IMG/VR virus record: IMGVR_UViG_3300009100_000003
Location: 1 to 56,750 of that record
Reading direction: 5' to 3' (one strand)
DNA: 56,750 bases
Origin: a virus
The notes beneath the pieces are model-generated. The model worked only from the letters and a program-made list of their open reading frames with translations, did no database searches and was not told the origin of the DNA. How positions within the stretch are numbered: the first letter of the stretch is position 1; each line of letters begins with the position of its first letter. The position numbers and the translations under genes are program-made. This document shows, one piece after another, positions 1 to 8,823 of the stretch.

Positions 1-51
1 AGCATCGCGCTCGAGAGCGTCGACCCGTACTGGACACTGGGCGGCTCCTGA
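1..51 (+). CDS. 3' end (last 16 codons plus stop) of the distal tail protein gene. It duplicates 56628-56678.
   Basis: It translates to SIALESVDPYWTLGGS*, identical to the C-terminus of ORF 56229-56678. Confidence 0.9.
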   Translation, partial: SIALESVDPYWTLGGS

Positions 52-123
52 CCCGTGGCGGTGTCGATCGTCTACCAAGAGAACCTCTCGGGCAGCGTCG
101 GCAATCTGACGTGGGGCACTCCG
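1..123. repeat. Terminal direct repeat, left copy, identical to 56628-56750. This is an assembly overlap of a circular or circularly permuted genome.
   Basis: I compared the two ends base by base. Positions 1-123 (agcatcgcgctcgag...gtggggcactccg) recur exactly at 56628-56750. Confidence 0.95.
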
Positions 124-3100
124 CGACCGCAGGGAACGTGCTCTCCGTGTTCTACGCGCACCGCGACAGCGGGACGCCGAACGAGATCGCCGGTTGGACG
201 CTCGACCCGAACTACTACCAGTCCGGCGGCTTCGGCGATGACAACCTCGTCCACTACTACAAGGTCGCCGACGGTGGCGAGACGACGATTGCTGTCGCGA
301 ATGCGGGCACGATCGCGATCTACCGCGAACTGGCGAACGCGACGATCGTCGGCTACGCGTCCGCGATGGGCACCGACACCCCCGGAACGCTCATCGGCCC
401 GCCGGTCGATCTCGAGGCGGACGAGGGAATCCTGCTCTCCGCGACGCAACTGACCGTCGATGACGAGGCAGTGCCCTGCTATGTGGAGGTGCTACCGGAC
501 GTCGTAGACCTAGGCGGCTGCACGATCTACCACCCGCACTTCGGGAGCACGCACCGGCTCCTGACGGGCGCGGGGACCTACCAGTCCGAGGTCGATTACT
601 CCGGCTGGGGCGGCTTCCCGACCGCGCACATCTTCTCCGTGATCTTCCCGGCCGTGGACGCACCGCCGCCTCCGCCCCCACCGATCTGCCGGCCGATGCA
701 GGCCGATGTCTACCAGCCCGGCGTGCCATCGGGGGATCCGACCGCCCTGACCTTCCTCGCGACGCTCTGCGGGGCGTTCAAACAGTGGCTCATCGACGAG
801 GAGCTCGGACCCGGATCGGGTGGCTTCACGATCAACCGGTACGACCCCGACGCGACGGCGGCGGTCCTCGGCGCCGGCGGGGACGACGCGCGCCTCGTCA
901 AGATCCGAATCGCCGACGTCGCCGATGCGCCGATCTTCGCGTGGTGGCTCGAGCGCGGGGCGTTCACCCTGCTCGATTCGAACGAGGAGGGCGCCGAGAA
1001 CCTTGTATTCGCTGGTCGTGGCGCGCTGGCATATCTCGCTCGAGGCGTCATGGCGCCTCGCTCGTACCTGACCGATCCGTATGACGGTATCGACCCGCGC
1101 GACGGCGTGTGGCGCTTCGAGCGGCCCGATCTGCCGGCATCGCTCGCGTTCCTCGCGTCGGCTCGCAACGCGACCGGATCACTCGTCGACACGTGGCAAC
1201 TGCCGGCGGTCAATCCGAGTGGTGACGACGTTCTCCTCGTGGCATTCGTTCAGCTGCGCGCGAACGAGGACGTCACCCCCCCCGCAGGATGGACCGAGCG
1301 CGTCAGTCAGGACACGTCGCTCGGCGGGGCTGAGCTCCGCTACCTGCTCGCGGACAAGATCGAGGCGACCGGCCCGGGCCCGTACGCCGACACGTTCGAG
1401 TCTGACGATCCGGCCCGATGGACGGCGGCGCAGCTGGCGTTCCGCTCGACCGGTGCGGCGACTTCGAACACCGGATCGGAGCACCAGGCGGAGAGCTCGA
1501 CCGAGGCGACGATCACCGCGACCTACTCGGGCGCCACGACCGCAGGCAACATCCTCCTCGCCTACGTGACATTGACGACGGTGTCGGCAGCGGGGACGCC
1601 CGGCGGGACGACATTCGAATGGCCGCCCGGCTGGACGCAGCTGCTCACGATCCCCAACGGGAACACCTACACAGGGGTCGCCGCTGTCGGGTTCAAGCCG
1701 GCCGACGGAACCGAGACCGGCGTGACGGTGATTGTGCGCGACGACACGGAGATCACGAGCACGAGCCTGCTCATCGCCGAGTACCCGATCCTCTATTCGC
1801 CGCTCAAGGCCGGCGAGATCCTGTGGCTCGTCTGTCGCGAGCTCATGGAGGTCGGGCGGCCTGACTCTCCGGTCCCGATCCTGACGCTCGACTTCACGTA
1901 CGAGCTCGACTCGAACGGCGACCCGTGGGACGAGACCGCTGCGACGGGCGCCTTTACCGCGAACGTCGGCGAGAACGTCCTCGCTGTCGTCCAGCGGTTG
2001 ATCGATACCGGCGAGATCGTGGTCGTCATGGGCCCCGACCTCGTGCTGCACGCGTACAACCGTTCGACCTACGGGCGTGACCTGACCGGCGCGGCGTTCG
2101 GTGCCGGCATCGTCCGACTCGTCGAGGGGCTCGGTCTCTCGGAGCGCCTGACGCGCGAGCGCCAGGAGCCCCGGGGCGCGACGCACGTATTCGCTCTCGG
2201 CGACGAGGACACCTTCGCTCATCGCGCCCTGCCGGACGCTGACGATCGCGTCACGCGCGAGGTCGCGGTGCGGGTCCCGCATACCGTCGATGCCGCTGCA
2301 CTGGCGGGCGTGGGCGACGCCGAGCTCGCCAACCGCCAAGAGCACTTCGAGCGCCTCTCGGTCACCGTCACAACCCCGAAGCTCGAGGAGACCTACGCGG
2401 CCGCCGCTCTCGAGGGTCGCTACTTCCCGGGTCCCGAAGATACGAACGGGCACTTCTGGCCTGGTGACGTCATCACGGTCGACAGCGGCAGCGGCCCGTT
2501 CGACCTCGACGAGGAGGACCTCCGCATCGCAGCCGTCGCGATCAAAGAGGGCGACGAGCTCGCGACGAGCGACTCCCGTGACCTCGAGGTCGTCGCGCGC
2601 CTGCTCTCGAATAAGGACACGCAGGACGCGGATATCGGCGGTTCAGGCGTCTCGAGCCCGTCCTCGGGTTCGGTCGTGGCTGGCGGTGACCACGGGGCGC
2701 ACACCGGGCTCACCGATGACGATCACCCGCAGTACCTCCTGCGCTCCGAGTTCCCCGACATCGGCGACCACGGCGCGCTGACTGGCCTTGGAGATGACGA
2801 TCACCCGCAGTACCTCCTCGAGTCCATCGTCGACGCCAAGGGCGACATCATCACGGCGACCGCGGACAACACGCCCGCCCGGCTGCCGGTTGGCGGCGAC
2901 GAGGCGGACTTGATCGCGCTCGCAGCTGAGACGACCGGGCAGAAGTGGCGCAAGAACACGGTCACCACGACCGACCCGACGACGGGCGACGACTCCGGCG
3001 ACGGCTACCGCATCGGCTCGCGGTGGCTGAACACCACGGACGACACGGAGTTCGTCTGCCTGGACGCCACCGTCGCCGCTGCGGTGTGGGTCGAGACGAC

Positions 3101-5747
3101 TGGCGGGGGAGGGGCCTCGGCGCTTGACGACCTGACCGACGTCATCCTCACCAGTCCGGCCACGGGCGAGGCGCTCGTGTTCGACGGAAGCGACTGGGTG
3201 AACGACACGATCGCCGCTGGCGCGTCGGTCACCGTCGAGGAGGAGGACGGCTCCCCGTCGGACGTGTTCGACACAATCCGGTTCCCGTCCGGCACGCTCA
3301 TCGACAACGGCGACGGCTCGGTGTCGGTGCGGCAGGTGCCGACCGGGTTCATCGGAGCCCAGGTCCACCACAACACGACGACGAGCTCGAGCCCGCTGCC
3401 GTTCAACACGAAGGATTACGACACCGACGGCTTCTGGGCGACCGGCGCGAACACGAAGTTCACCGTCCCGGCAGGCATGGCGGGCAAGTACCGGATCACG
3501 TTCTGGGGCCTCGCAACCGGCAGCGAGGCCCGCGTCCGCAAGAACGGCGCGACGCCCTACATCGGCCCGAACACACCGAACGGCGCGCAGATCTGGAACG
3601 TCAGTTTCGACGCGGACCTGCTCGCCGGCGACTACATCGAAGTCGTGGTTACCGGTAGCACGTGGGGCCACGCGTCGGCGTCTGAGGCGCAGATCACGTT
3701 GCAGATCGCCAAGCTCGACTCCGGCAAGGTCGGCTCTGGCGTCGGGGCGAAGGCATACAACAGCACGACTCAGGCGATCAACAGCACCACGGCTGCCCTG
3801 ACCTTCGACTCTGACGAGTTCGACACCGACGGGTTCCACGACACGGGCGCGAACACGTCGCGCATGACGATCCCGCCGGGCATGGCCGGGCTCTACCTCG
3901 TCACTGCGGCTGCGTTCGCCAGCAACAGCGCGATGTCCGACGCATGGCTCCGCCTGAACGGCACGACCCGGATCCGGTCGAACGTGCCGTACGCATCGGG
4001 CGGTGGTGGTGGCAGCCCGTTCGGCACCGCGATCCTCTCGCTCGTAGCTGGCGACTACGTCGAGATGATGATCACGACCGTCGGCTCCGAGAACTTCGGC
4101 AGCGCGACCACCGGCGAGGAGCAGGCGGTTTTCACGATCATGCGGCTCGACTCGCCAGCAGGCGGGGTGCTCAAGTCCGACAAGGCGAGCCGGACGTCCG
4201 GCGACCTGACCACGACGAGCACGACGCTGGTCGATGCGACCGGGATGTCGATCACGCTCATCACCGGCGCCCGGCGCTGCCTCGTGGTCGTGAACGCGAC
4301 GGGCGCCAACTCGTCTGCCGAGCGCGTGATCCTCGACCTCGAGATCGACGGCGTTGCCCAGGGCCAGACGTACGGGCTCGCGCAGATCAGCCTCGCGGCG
4401 ACCGAGACGGGCAACCTCTCATTCGCGTTCCTGACCGATGTGCTCGCGGCCGGATCGCACACGATCAAGCTCCGCTGGCGAGTCACGGGTGGCACCGGGA
4501 CCCTGAACGCGAATACCTCGACGGGCCCGCTGGTCATGGAAGTCCAGGAGATGCCGGACTCCGGACTCTCTGCGGCCGGGTCGCTGCTCGCGGCGGATCG
4601 CAAGACGCTCACGACCGGCGACAAGACGACTAGCTCCGGGACCTTCGGGGACATCGACTCGGGTCTGAACATCACCCTGACGACAGGCGCCCGCCGCGTC
4701 CTCCTGATCTTCGAGGCGACGGTCAGCAACAGCGGCTCGGACTCCACGAACCTCGACATCGACATCGACGGCACCCGGCAGGGCCTCGACCGGGGCCTCG
4801 TGTTCGTCGGTGGCGCGTCGCACCACCACAACGGAACGATGGTCTACCTGACCGACGTTCTGACGCCGGGCCCGCACACGTTCAAGCCTCAGTTCGCGAC
4901 GCTCGGCGGGACCTCGACGGTCCGCGGCGGGACGTCCACCTTCTCGCCCGCGAAGTTCTCTGCTCAGGAGATGCCGGACACCGGGCTACCAGCGCCCGAC
5001 GTCACGCGCGTCGTCCGAGGCGCGGTCAACGCGGACGGGACGACGCGGCGAGGGAGCGGGTTCAGCGCCGTCAACACCGGCACGGGCGCCTATCTCGTGA
5101 CGTTCGATGTTCCCTTCACGCAGGCGCCGATCATCGTCGCAGGTTCGGACGAGGGGGCGCTCTACGGTGCAGATGTCGGCACCGTCACCGCGTCCACGTT
5201 CGTCGTGCGGACAGGCACGCCCGGCGTATCGTTCTCAGATCGGGCGTTCGACTTCATTGCCGTTGCCGTCACCGCCTCATTGCCGATCGCCAGCACGCCA
5301 CCGATCGCGATCCTCCAAGATCAGAAGTCACAGAACACCAGCGGCGGCACGTTCACGTCCGGCGCGTGGCGGACCCGCGACCTGAACACCGAGGTCAGTG
5401 ACGGGGCCGGGATCGTCGCCCTGTCCTCGAACCAGTTCACCCCGATCGCCGGCACGTATCGCATCCACGTGCGGTGCCCGGCCTACGGCGTAGAGCGCAA
5501 CCAGTCGCGCTTGCAGAACGTCACGGCGGCGACCACGACGATCACGGGCTCGAGCACCTACGGCTCGCCCGGCGGCAGCGCGGCGGATGAAGTGGACTCG
5601 ATCATCGAGGGCATCTTCACCGCGAACGGCACCGACGCGTTCGAGGTCCAGCATCGGTGCCAAACGACGAACGCACTCGGTTTCGGCGTGGAGGCGAACT
5701 TCGGGACGGAGGTCTACACGACTGTCGTCCTCGAGCGGATCGCGTGA
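111..5747 (+). CDS. Giant tail fibre / host-specificity protein (1878 aa from GTG 111). The true start is probably GTG 55 with a 1-nt frame change near 113-117.
   Basis: Longest ORF in the window, directly after the tape measure and distal tail genes. It has a tandem GDHGA(H/L)TGLxDDDHPQYLL motif (about 2686-2820) of the kind seen in phage tail fibres. It also has three copies of a ~100-aa 'AG(N/D)hhhhhh..P(P/A)GWT' module and several duplicated jelly-roll-like modules (DTDGF..GAN..F/M T(V/I)P(A/P)GMAG.Y). Confidence 0.9.
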   Translation: MGHSATAGNVLSVFYAHRDSGTPNEIAGWTLDPNYYQSGGFGDDNLVHYYKVADGGETTIAVANAGTIAIYRELANATIVGYASAMGTDTPGTLIGPPVDLEADEGILLSATQLTVDDEAVPCYVEVLPDVVDLGGCTIYHPHFGSTHRLLTGAGTYQSEVDYSGWGGFPTAHIFSVIFPAVDAPPPPPPPICRPMQADVYQPGVPSGDPTALTFLATLCGAFKQWLIDEELGPGSGGFTINRYDPDATAAVLGAGGDDARLVKIRIADVADAPIFAWWLERGAFTLLDSNEEGAENLVFAGRGALAYLARGVMAPRSYLTDPYDGIDPRDGVWRFERPDLPASLAFLASARNATGSLVDTWQLPAVNPSGDDVLLVAFVQLRANEDVTPPAGWTERVSQDTSLGGAELRYLLADKIEATGPGPYADTFESDDPARWTAAQLAFRSTGAATSNTGSEHQAESSTEATITATYSGATTAGNILLAYVTLTTVSAAGTPGGTTFEWPPGWTQLLTIPNGNTYTGVAAVGFKPADGTETGVTVIVRDDTEITSTSLLIAEYPILYSPLKAGEILWLVCRELMEVGRPDSPVPILTLDFTYELDSNGDPWDETAATGAFTANVGENVLAVVQRLIDTGEIVVVMGPDLVLHAYNRSTYGRDLTGAAFGAGIVRLVEGLGLSERLTRERQEPRGATHVFALGDEDTFAHRALPDADDRVTREVAVRVPHTVDAAALAGVGDAELANRQEHFERLSVTVTTPKLEETYAAAALEGRYFPGPEDTNGHFWPGDVITVDSGSGPFDLDEEDLRIAAVAIKEGDELATSDSRDLEVVARLLSNKDTQDADIGGSGVSSPSSGSVVAGGDHGAHTGLTDDDHPQYLLRSEFPDIGDHGALTGLGDDDHPQYLLESIVDAKGDIITATADNTPARLPVGGDEADLIALAAETTGQKWRKNTVTTTDPTTGDDSGDGYRIGSRWLNTTDDTEFVCLDATVAAAVWVETTGGGGASALDDLTDVILTSPATGEALVFDGSDWVNDTIAAGASVTVEEEDGSPSDVFDTIRFPSGTLIDNGDGSVSVRQVPTGFIGAQVHHNTTTSSSPLPFNTKDYDTDGFWATGANTKFTVPAGMAGKYRITFWGLATGSEARVRKNGATPYIGPNTPNGAQIWNVSFDADLLAGDYIEVVVTGSTWGHASASEAQITLQIAKLDSGKVGSGVGAKAYNSTTQAINSTTAALTFDSDEFDTDGFHDTGANTSRMTIPPGMAGLYLVTAAAFASNSAMSDAWLRLNGTTRIRSNVPYASGGGGGSPFGTAILSLVAGDYVEMMITTVGSENFGSATTGEEQAVFTIMRLDSPAGGVLKSDKASRTSGDLTTTSTTLVDATGMSITLITGARRCLVVVNATGANSSAERVILDLEIDGVAQGQTYGLAQISLAATETGNLSFAFLTDVLAAGSHTIKLRWRVTGGTGTLNANTSTGPLVMEVQEMPDSGLSAAGSLLAADRKTLTTGDKTTSSGTFGDIDSGLNITLTTGARRVLLIFEATVSNSGSDSTNLDIDIDGTRQGLDRGLVFVGGASHHHNGTMVYLTDVLTPGPHTFKPQFATLGGTSTVRGGTSTFSPAKFSAQEMPDTGLPAPDVTRVVRGAVNADGTTRRGSGFSAVNTGTGAYLVTFDVPFTQAPIIVAGSDEGALYGADVGTVTASTFVVRTGTPGVSFSDRAFDFIAVAVTASLPIASTPPIAILQDQKSQNTSGGTFTSGAWRTRDLNTEVSDGAGIVALSSNQFTPIAGTYRIHVRCPAYGVERNQSRLQNVTAATTTITGSSTYGSPGGSAADEVDSIIEGIFTANGTDAFEVQHRCQTTNALGFGVEANFGTEVYTTVVLERIA

Positions 5748-6052
5748 CCCTCGAGGAGTGGCTCGGTGCCGCCGTCCAGGGCGGGCTCGGGCTACTCGGG
5801 CTCTACCTGTTCGTCCGGAACATCATCCAATCCAAGCCGGCTGTCGACGAGCGGATCGCTGAGCTCAAGACAGCGCACGCCGAGGCGATCGCGCAGCGCG
5901 ACGCCCGGTTCGCCGAGATGCGGGCCGATCGAAACGAATGGCGCCGGCTCGCGCTCGGCACTGAGAGGCGCCTCGACGTGGCGGCGCCGATCATTGCGAC
6001 GGCTGCGCGAGTAGCGGTACCATCGCCGACGCCCGACGAGGGACGCGGTTGA
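5744..6052 (+). CDS. Small membrane protein of the lysis region, with an N-terminal TM helix and a charged helical tail
   Basis: GTG 5744 overlaps the fibre stop (GTGA). The sequence VTLEEWLGAAVQGGLGLLGLYLFVRNII is followed by an Ala/Arg/Glu-rich helix. G+C at third codon positions is high. Confidence 0.6.
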   Translation: MTLEEWLGAAVQGGLGLLGLYLFVRNIIQSKPAVDERIAELKTAHAEAIAQRDARFAEMRADRNEWRRLALGTERRLDVAAPIIATAARVAVPSPTPDEGRG

Positions 6053-6252
6053 GGTTTCTACGCCGAATGCTCGCTCCGCAGCGGCGGCCAGAGGTCGCCA
6101 GGACCCCCGCGCCGCCAGCCGGCCTGACCGCTGCGGACAAGGACGAGCTCGCGCGGGTGCGGCCCCGGATCGAGCGCAAGTGGGAAGCATTCGACGAGTT
6201 CGTGGCGGACCATCGGGCCACTGACCGAAGGCTCGGGCTCGACCCGCGATGA
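6049..6252 (+). CDS. Hypothetical small protein of the lysis region. The start is TTG 6049 or ATG 6067.
   Basis: TTGA overlap with the upstream stop and ATGA overlap with the downstream start at 6249. No recognisable motif. Confidence 0.45.
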   Translation: MRFLRRMLAPQRRPEVARTPAPPAGLTAADKDELARVRPRIERKWEAFDEFVADHRATDRRLGLDPR

Positions 6253-6725
6253 GCCGCGGCCGTCGGTTCGCGGTTCAGCTGATCCTCCTACCGCTTCTCT
6301 GGCTCCTCGCCAGCGTGAACTTCTCGTGGTTCCAGGTTGTCGTCGGGGCATCGCTGATCGTGTCGCTGCCGGCCGCGCTCGGGATCGCCGGGGCGCTCGT
6401 GTACCTGACCCGGCTCGCGGATCGCACGCCGGATCCGCTGACTGGCGAATCGGGCGCTCCGGAGTCGATGGTGCGCGAGGCCGACCAGGCGGTCACCGTG
6501 GCGTTGATCCTGTCGGGCTGCATCCTCGCGGGCGCACTCGCGATCGGTCGAGCCATCCCGGCGATCAAGGCGCTCCTCGAGCTCGCACCCGAGTTCGCAC
6601 GCGCGTCCATCATCGGGCTCGGGTGGGCGCTGTTCCTCGTCCTGTTCCTCGTCTGGCCGTGGTTTCGCGACCTCAAGGACAAGTGGCTCCCGATGATCGC
6701 GAGCCGCATCACGGGGCGCGACTAG
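6249..6725 (+). CDS. Holin-like polytopic membrane protein with about 4 TM segments
   Basis: The 158-aa protein has four long hydrophobic stretches (LILLPLLWLLASV, VVVGASLIVSLPAALGIAGALVYL, VTVALILSGCILAGALAIG, IIGLGWALFLVLFLVWPWF). It sits immediately upstream of the endolysin. Confidence 0.7.
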   Translation: MSRGRRFAVQLILLPLLWLLASVNFSWFQVVVGASLIVSLPAALGIAGALVYLTRLADRTPDPLTGESGAPESMVREADQAVTVALILSGCILAGALAIGRAIPAIKALLELAPEFARASIIGLGWALFLVLFLVWPWFRDLKDKWLPMIASRITGRD

Positions 6726-6755
6726 GCGCGTACACTCTCGCGCAGGGAGGATCGA

Positions 6756-7655
6756 TTGACTGACGCGATCCCGATCAAGCAACTCGACGGGTCCACCTAC
6801 CAGGGCGTGAACTGCGGTTGCGCGGTCGGCGCGATGCAGGTCGAGCAGGCCACCGACAATCGAGCCCGCCCGACGCCGGCGCAGTTCCGCTCGCACGTCA
6901 AGAACGCGAACGGCACGCAAGACCGCGACGCGATCGGCTCGAGTCAGATCCGCGACGTCCTCGTCGGGACCTACGGGCTCAAGGCCGAGCTCCGGTTCGG
7001 GATCCCGTTCGCCGATCTCGACGATCTCGGTGACCGAGGGTTCAGCCTCGCGATCGACTACTCGCCGCTCGTCGGCACGAAGCACGACTGCTTCCGCGGG
7101 AAGTTCGGCGGCGACCACTTCCTGTTCGTGCCGCGGCGCAACCCGGACGGCACGTGGAAGGTCGCCGACCCTGGTGCCGACGGTCGCTACGCGGGCTGCC
7201 CGACGGGCTACCAGTCGATGTCGAACGCGCTGGTGCAGAAGGCCGCGGGGATGCACGCGGTTACGATCAACGGCAAGGTCACCACCGTCGCCGCGCGGTA
7301 CGGGCCCGGCCATGCCGTCGTCGTCATCGGGCAGGTGCCGGTGCCGACCATCCCGAAACCGGAGGAGAGCGCCGTGAGGATCACCGCCACCGTTTACCAG
7401 CATTGGACTGCCGTCGGGTCGAACGGCGTACTCCGCGCGACGCCGTCCCGCACGGCGCCCATCACGGAGCGCCTGCCAGCCGGCACGGTCGTGACGTCTC
7501 GAGCGGAGGCAGACGATCCCGCCGGGAACAGTTGGCGCCTGATCGACTGGCCGGCCGGTTCGCGAACCCCTCGTTGGCTCCTACACTACGGCCCGGGCAT
7601 CCCCCGCGGTCACGACTTCCTCGCCGGGGAGATCGTCCCGGATCCAGTGCCCTGA
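6756..7655 (+). CDS. Endolysin with a papain-like (C39-like) cysteine peptidase domain and a C-terminal SH3-like wall-binding region
   Basis: TTG start 6 nt after GGGAGGATCG. The N-terminal 'GVNCGCAVGAM' is a candidate catalytic Cys and 'GGDHFLFV' a candidate His. The C-terminal ~90 aa resembles SH3b (VLRATPS...PAGTVV...WRLIDWP). It lies between holin-like genes. Confidence 0.7.
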   Translation: MTDAIPIKQLDGSTYQGVNCGCAVGAMQVEQATDNRARPTPAQFRSHVKNANGTQDRDAIGSSQIRDVLVGTYGLKAELRFGIPFADLDDLGDRGFSLAIDYSPLVGTKHDCFRGKFGGDHFLFVPRRNPDGTWKVADPGADGRYAGCPTGYQSMSNALVQKAAGMHAVTINGKVTTVAARYGPGHAVVVIGQVPVPTIPKPEESAVRITATVYQHWTAVGSNGVLRATPSRTAPITERLPAGTVVTSRAEADDPAGNSWRLIDWPAGSRTPRWLLHYGPGIPRGHDFLAGEIVPDPVP

Positions 7656-7667
7656 GGAGGGACCGCG

Positions 7668-7793
7668 ATGACACAGGAGCGCGAGCCGGATGCGCCGGTC
7701 GAGGAGCCCGAGACACCCGCAGAACCCGAGCCGACGACCGAGGACGAGGAGCTCGACGATCGCCGCGAGGGCGACGTCTCCGAGGGGATCTAG
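7668..7793 (+). CDS. Small acidic protein of 41 aa, below the ORF-track cutoff
   Basis: ATG 7668 lies 7 nt after GAGGAGGG. The product is MTQEREPDAPVEEPETPAEPEPTTEDEELDDRREGDVSEGI*. The stop abuts ATG 7794. Confidence 0.45.
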   Translation: MTQEREPDAPVEEPETPAEPEPTTEDEELDDRREGDVSEGI

Positions 7794-8240
7794 ATGATCG
7801 ACTACATCAAGACGATCGGCTCGACGCTGACCGCATGGCTCCTGATCGGCGGGTGCTTCTGGTTCTTGAACAAGCTCGTCGATAGCCTCTCCGACCTGAA
7901 CAAGGCCGAGCTCCCGGAGGGTCAACTCGGGATCATGGTCGGTGGGCTGGTCTCGATCCTGACGATGGCGGCGACGTCGATCTTCCAGGAGGCGGTCACT
8001 CGGAGCGCGGCCCAACGGCAGCAGGCGGCATTCGCTACGGGGCTCGCGACACCGACACCGAACGGCACGACGGTCACCGCATCCTCGACTCCCGGCGGGG
8101 CGGCGACCGTGACGTCCTCGCCGAGCCCGACCTCGACGAGCTCGTTGTGCCCGATCTGCGGCACACGGGTCCCCGGCATTGGGACGGTCGAGCACAACCC
8201 CGACGGGACGCATACCCTGATAGACGACGCAGGGGGCTAG
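7794..8240 (+). CDS. Membrane protein (2 TM) with a Thr/Ser/Pro-rich linker and a CxxC tail. It may be a second holin or a lysis accessory protein.
   Basis: Two hydrophobic helices (LTAWLLIGGCFWFL, IMVGGLVSILTMAATSIF) followed by TPTPNGTTVTASSTPGG...SLCPICG. Confidence 0.65.
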   Translation: MIDYIKTIGSTLTAWLLIGGCFWFLNKLVDSLSDLNKAELPEGQLGIMVGGLVSILTMAATSIFQEAVTRSAAQRQQAAFATGLATPTPNGTTVTASSTPGGAATVTSSPSPTSTSSLCPICGTRVPGIGTVEHNPDGTHTLIDDAGG

Positions 8241-8266
8241 GGCTCCAAACCGGGGAGGACGCAGTT

Positions 8267-8722
8267 ATGAAACGAAGCGTGGGCATCGCCGGATCACTCG
8301 TGCTTGCGGGGGCTCTCGTCGGCGCAGTCGTCGGCGGAGTGTTCGGGAGAGGCGGCGCCTCGATCGTCGCCGGATCCGGGCCGTACTCGTTCGGGGCGAG
8401 CTACTCGACCGAGGCGGTCATCGCATCCTGGTCGCCCCGGAACGGCGGTCGGGCCGATGGCGGCTACTGGGCTCGGATCGACTGCTACGCGAACGCCTCG
8501 ACCCTCGTCGGGGAGCCGCCCGTCGCGGCGCCTGTCGGAGCGGTCGTGTACGCGCAGTACGCCGACCTCACACCGCCGATCGTTCAGTCGGGCTTCACGT
8601 TCGGACCGACACCGTCCTGGTCGGGTGGCGGCGCCGACTGTTCGGTTCGTCTGTACGAGCTCAATAACGGCGCGTTCGGGAGAGAGCTCGCGACCTCGGC
8701 GACGTTCGCCGCGACGCCCTGA
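8267..8722 (+). CDS. Secreted or membrane-anchored protein with a signal-peptide-like N-terminus
   Basis: ATG 8267 lies 8 nt after GGGGAGGA. The N-terminus is MKRSVGIAGSLVLAGALVGAVVGGVFG. It is the last gene of the lysis block. Confidence 0.65.
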   Translation: MKRSVGIAGSLVLAGALVGAVVGGVFGRGGASIVAGSGPYSFGASYSTEAVIASWSPRNGGRADGGYWARIDCYANASTLVGEPPVAAPVGAVVYAQYADLTPPIVQSGFTFGPTPSWSGGGADCSVRLYELNNGAFGRELATSATFAATP

Positions 8723-8747
8723 CCGGCTCCGGCTAAGGGGCTATACA
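8719..8747 (+). promoter_or_regulatory. Sigma70-type promoter (CTGACC-N17-TATACA). It is a member of the GCTAAGnnGCTATACA promoter family.
   Basis: It shares the string GCTAAGGGGCTATACA with the three leftward promoters at 33.7, 34.8 and 37.7 kb. It lies in the 101-nt gap before the gene at 8824. Confidence 0.5.
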
Positions 8748-8770
8748 GGCCCCGCGCGACGCGCTACGAT

Positions 8771-8799
8771 GGACCCCGAGGGACTCCCTCTCGGGGTCC
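8771..8799 (+). promoter_or_regulatory. 10-bp GC-rich hairpin, either a leader hairpin or a terminator of the lysis operon
   Basis: ggaccccgag (8771-8780) pairs with ctcggggtcc (8790-8799). It lies between the promoter-like element and the CCGCAGGTAACGGAGG site. There is no U-tract. Confidence 0.5.
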
Positions 8800-8801
8800 T
8801 G

Positions 8802-8817
8802 CCGCAGGTAACGGAGG
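8802..8817 (+). promoter_or_regulatory. Leader / extended-RBS motif CCGCAGGTAACGGAGG
   Basis: 6 nt upstream of ATG 8824. One of 10 copies of this motif. Confidence 0.6.
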
Positions 8818-8823
8818 TTCGAC

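Noticed and set aside
55-453. ORF 55-453 (132 aa) as an independent gene
   Set aside because: Only its first ~20 codons look coding. The remainder is Arg/Ser/Thr-rich and overlaps the well-formed fibre frame. I interpret it as the true 5' end of the fibre gene joined by a 1-nt frame change.
1179-3839. Long minus-strand ORFs (1179-2453, 424 aa; 2643-3839, 398 aa) antisense to the tail-fibre gene
   Set aside because: Their translations are Arg/Gly/Asp/Val-rich with no motifs. They lie exactly opposite a clearly coding plus-strand gene. This is typical shadow-ORF behaviour in very G+C-rich DNA.
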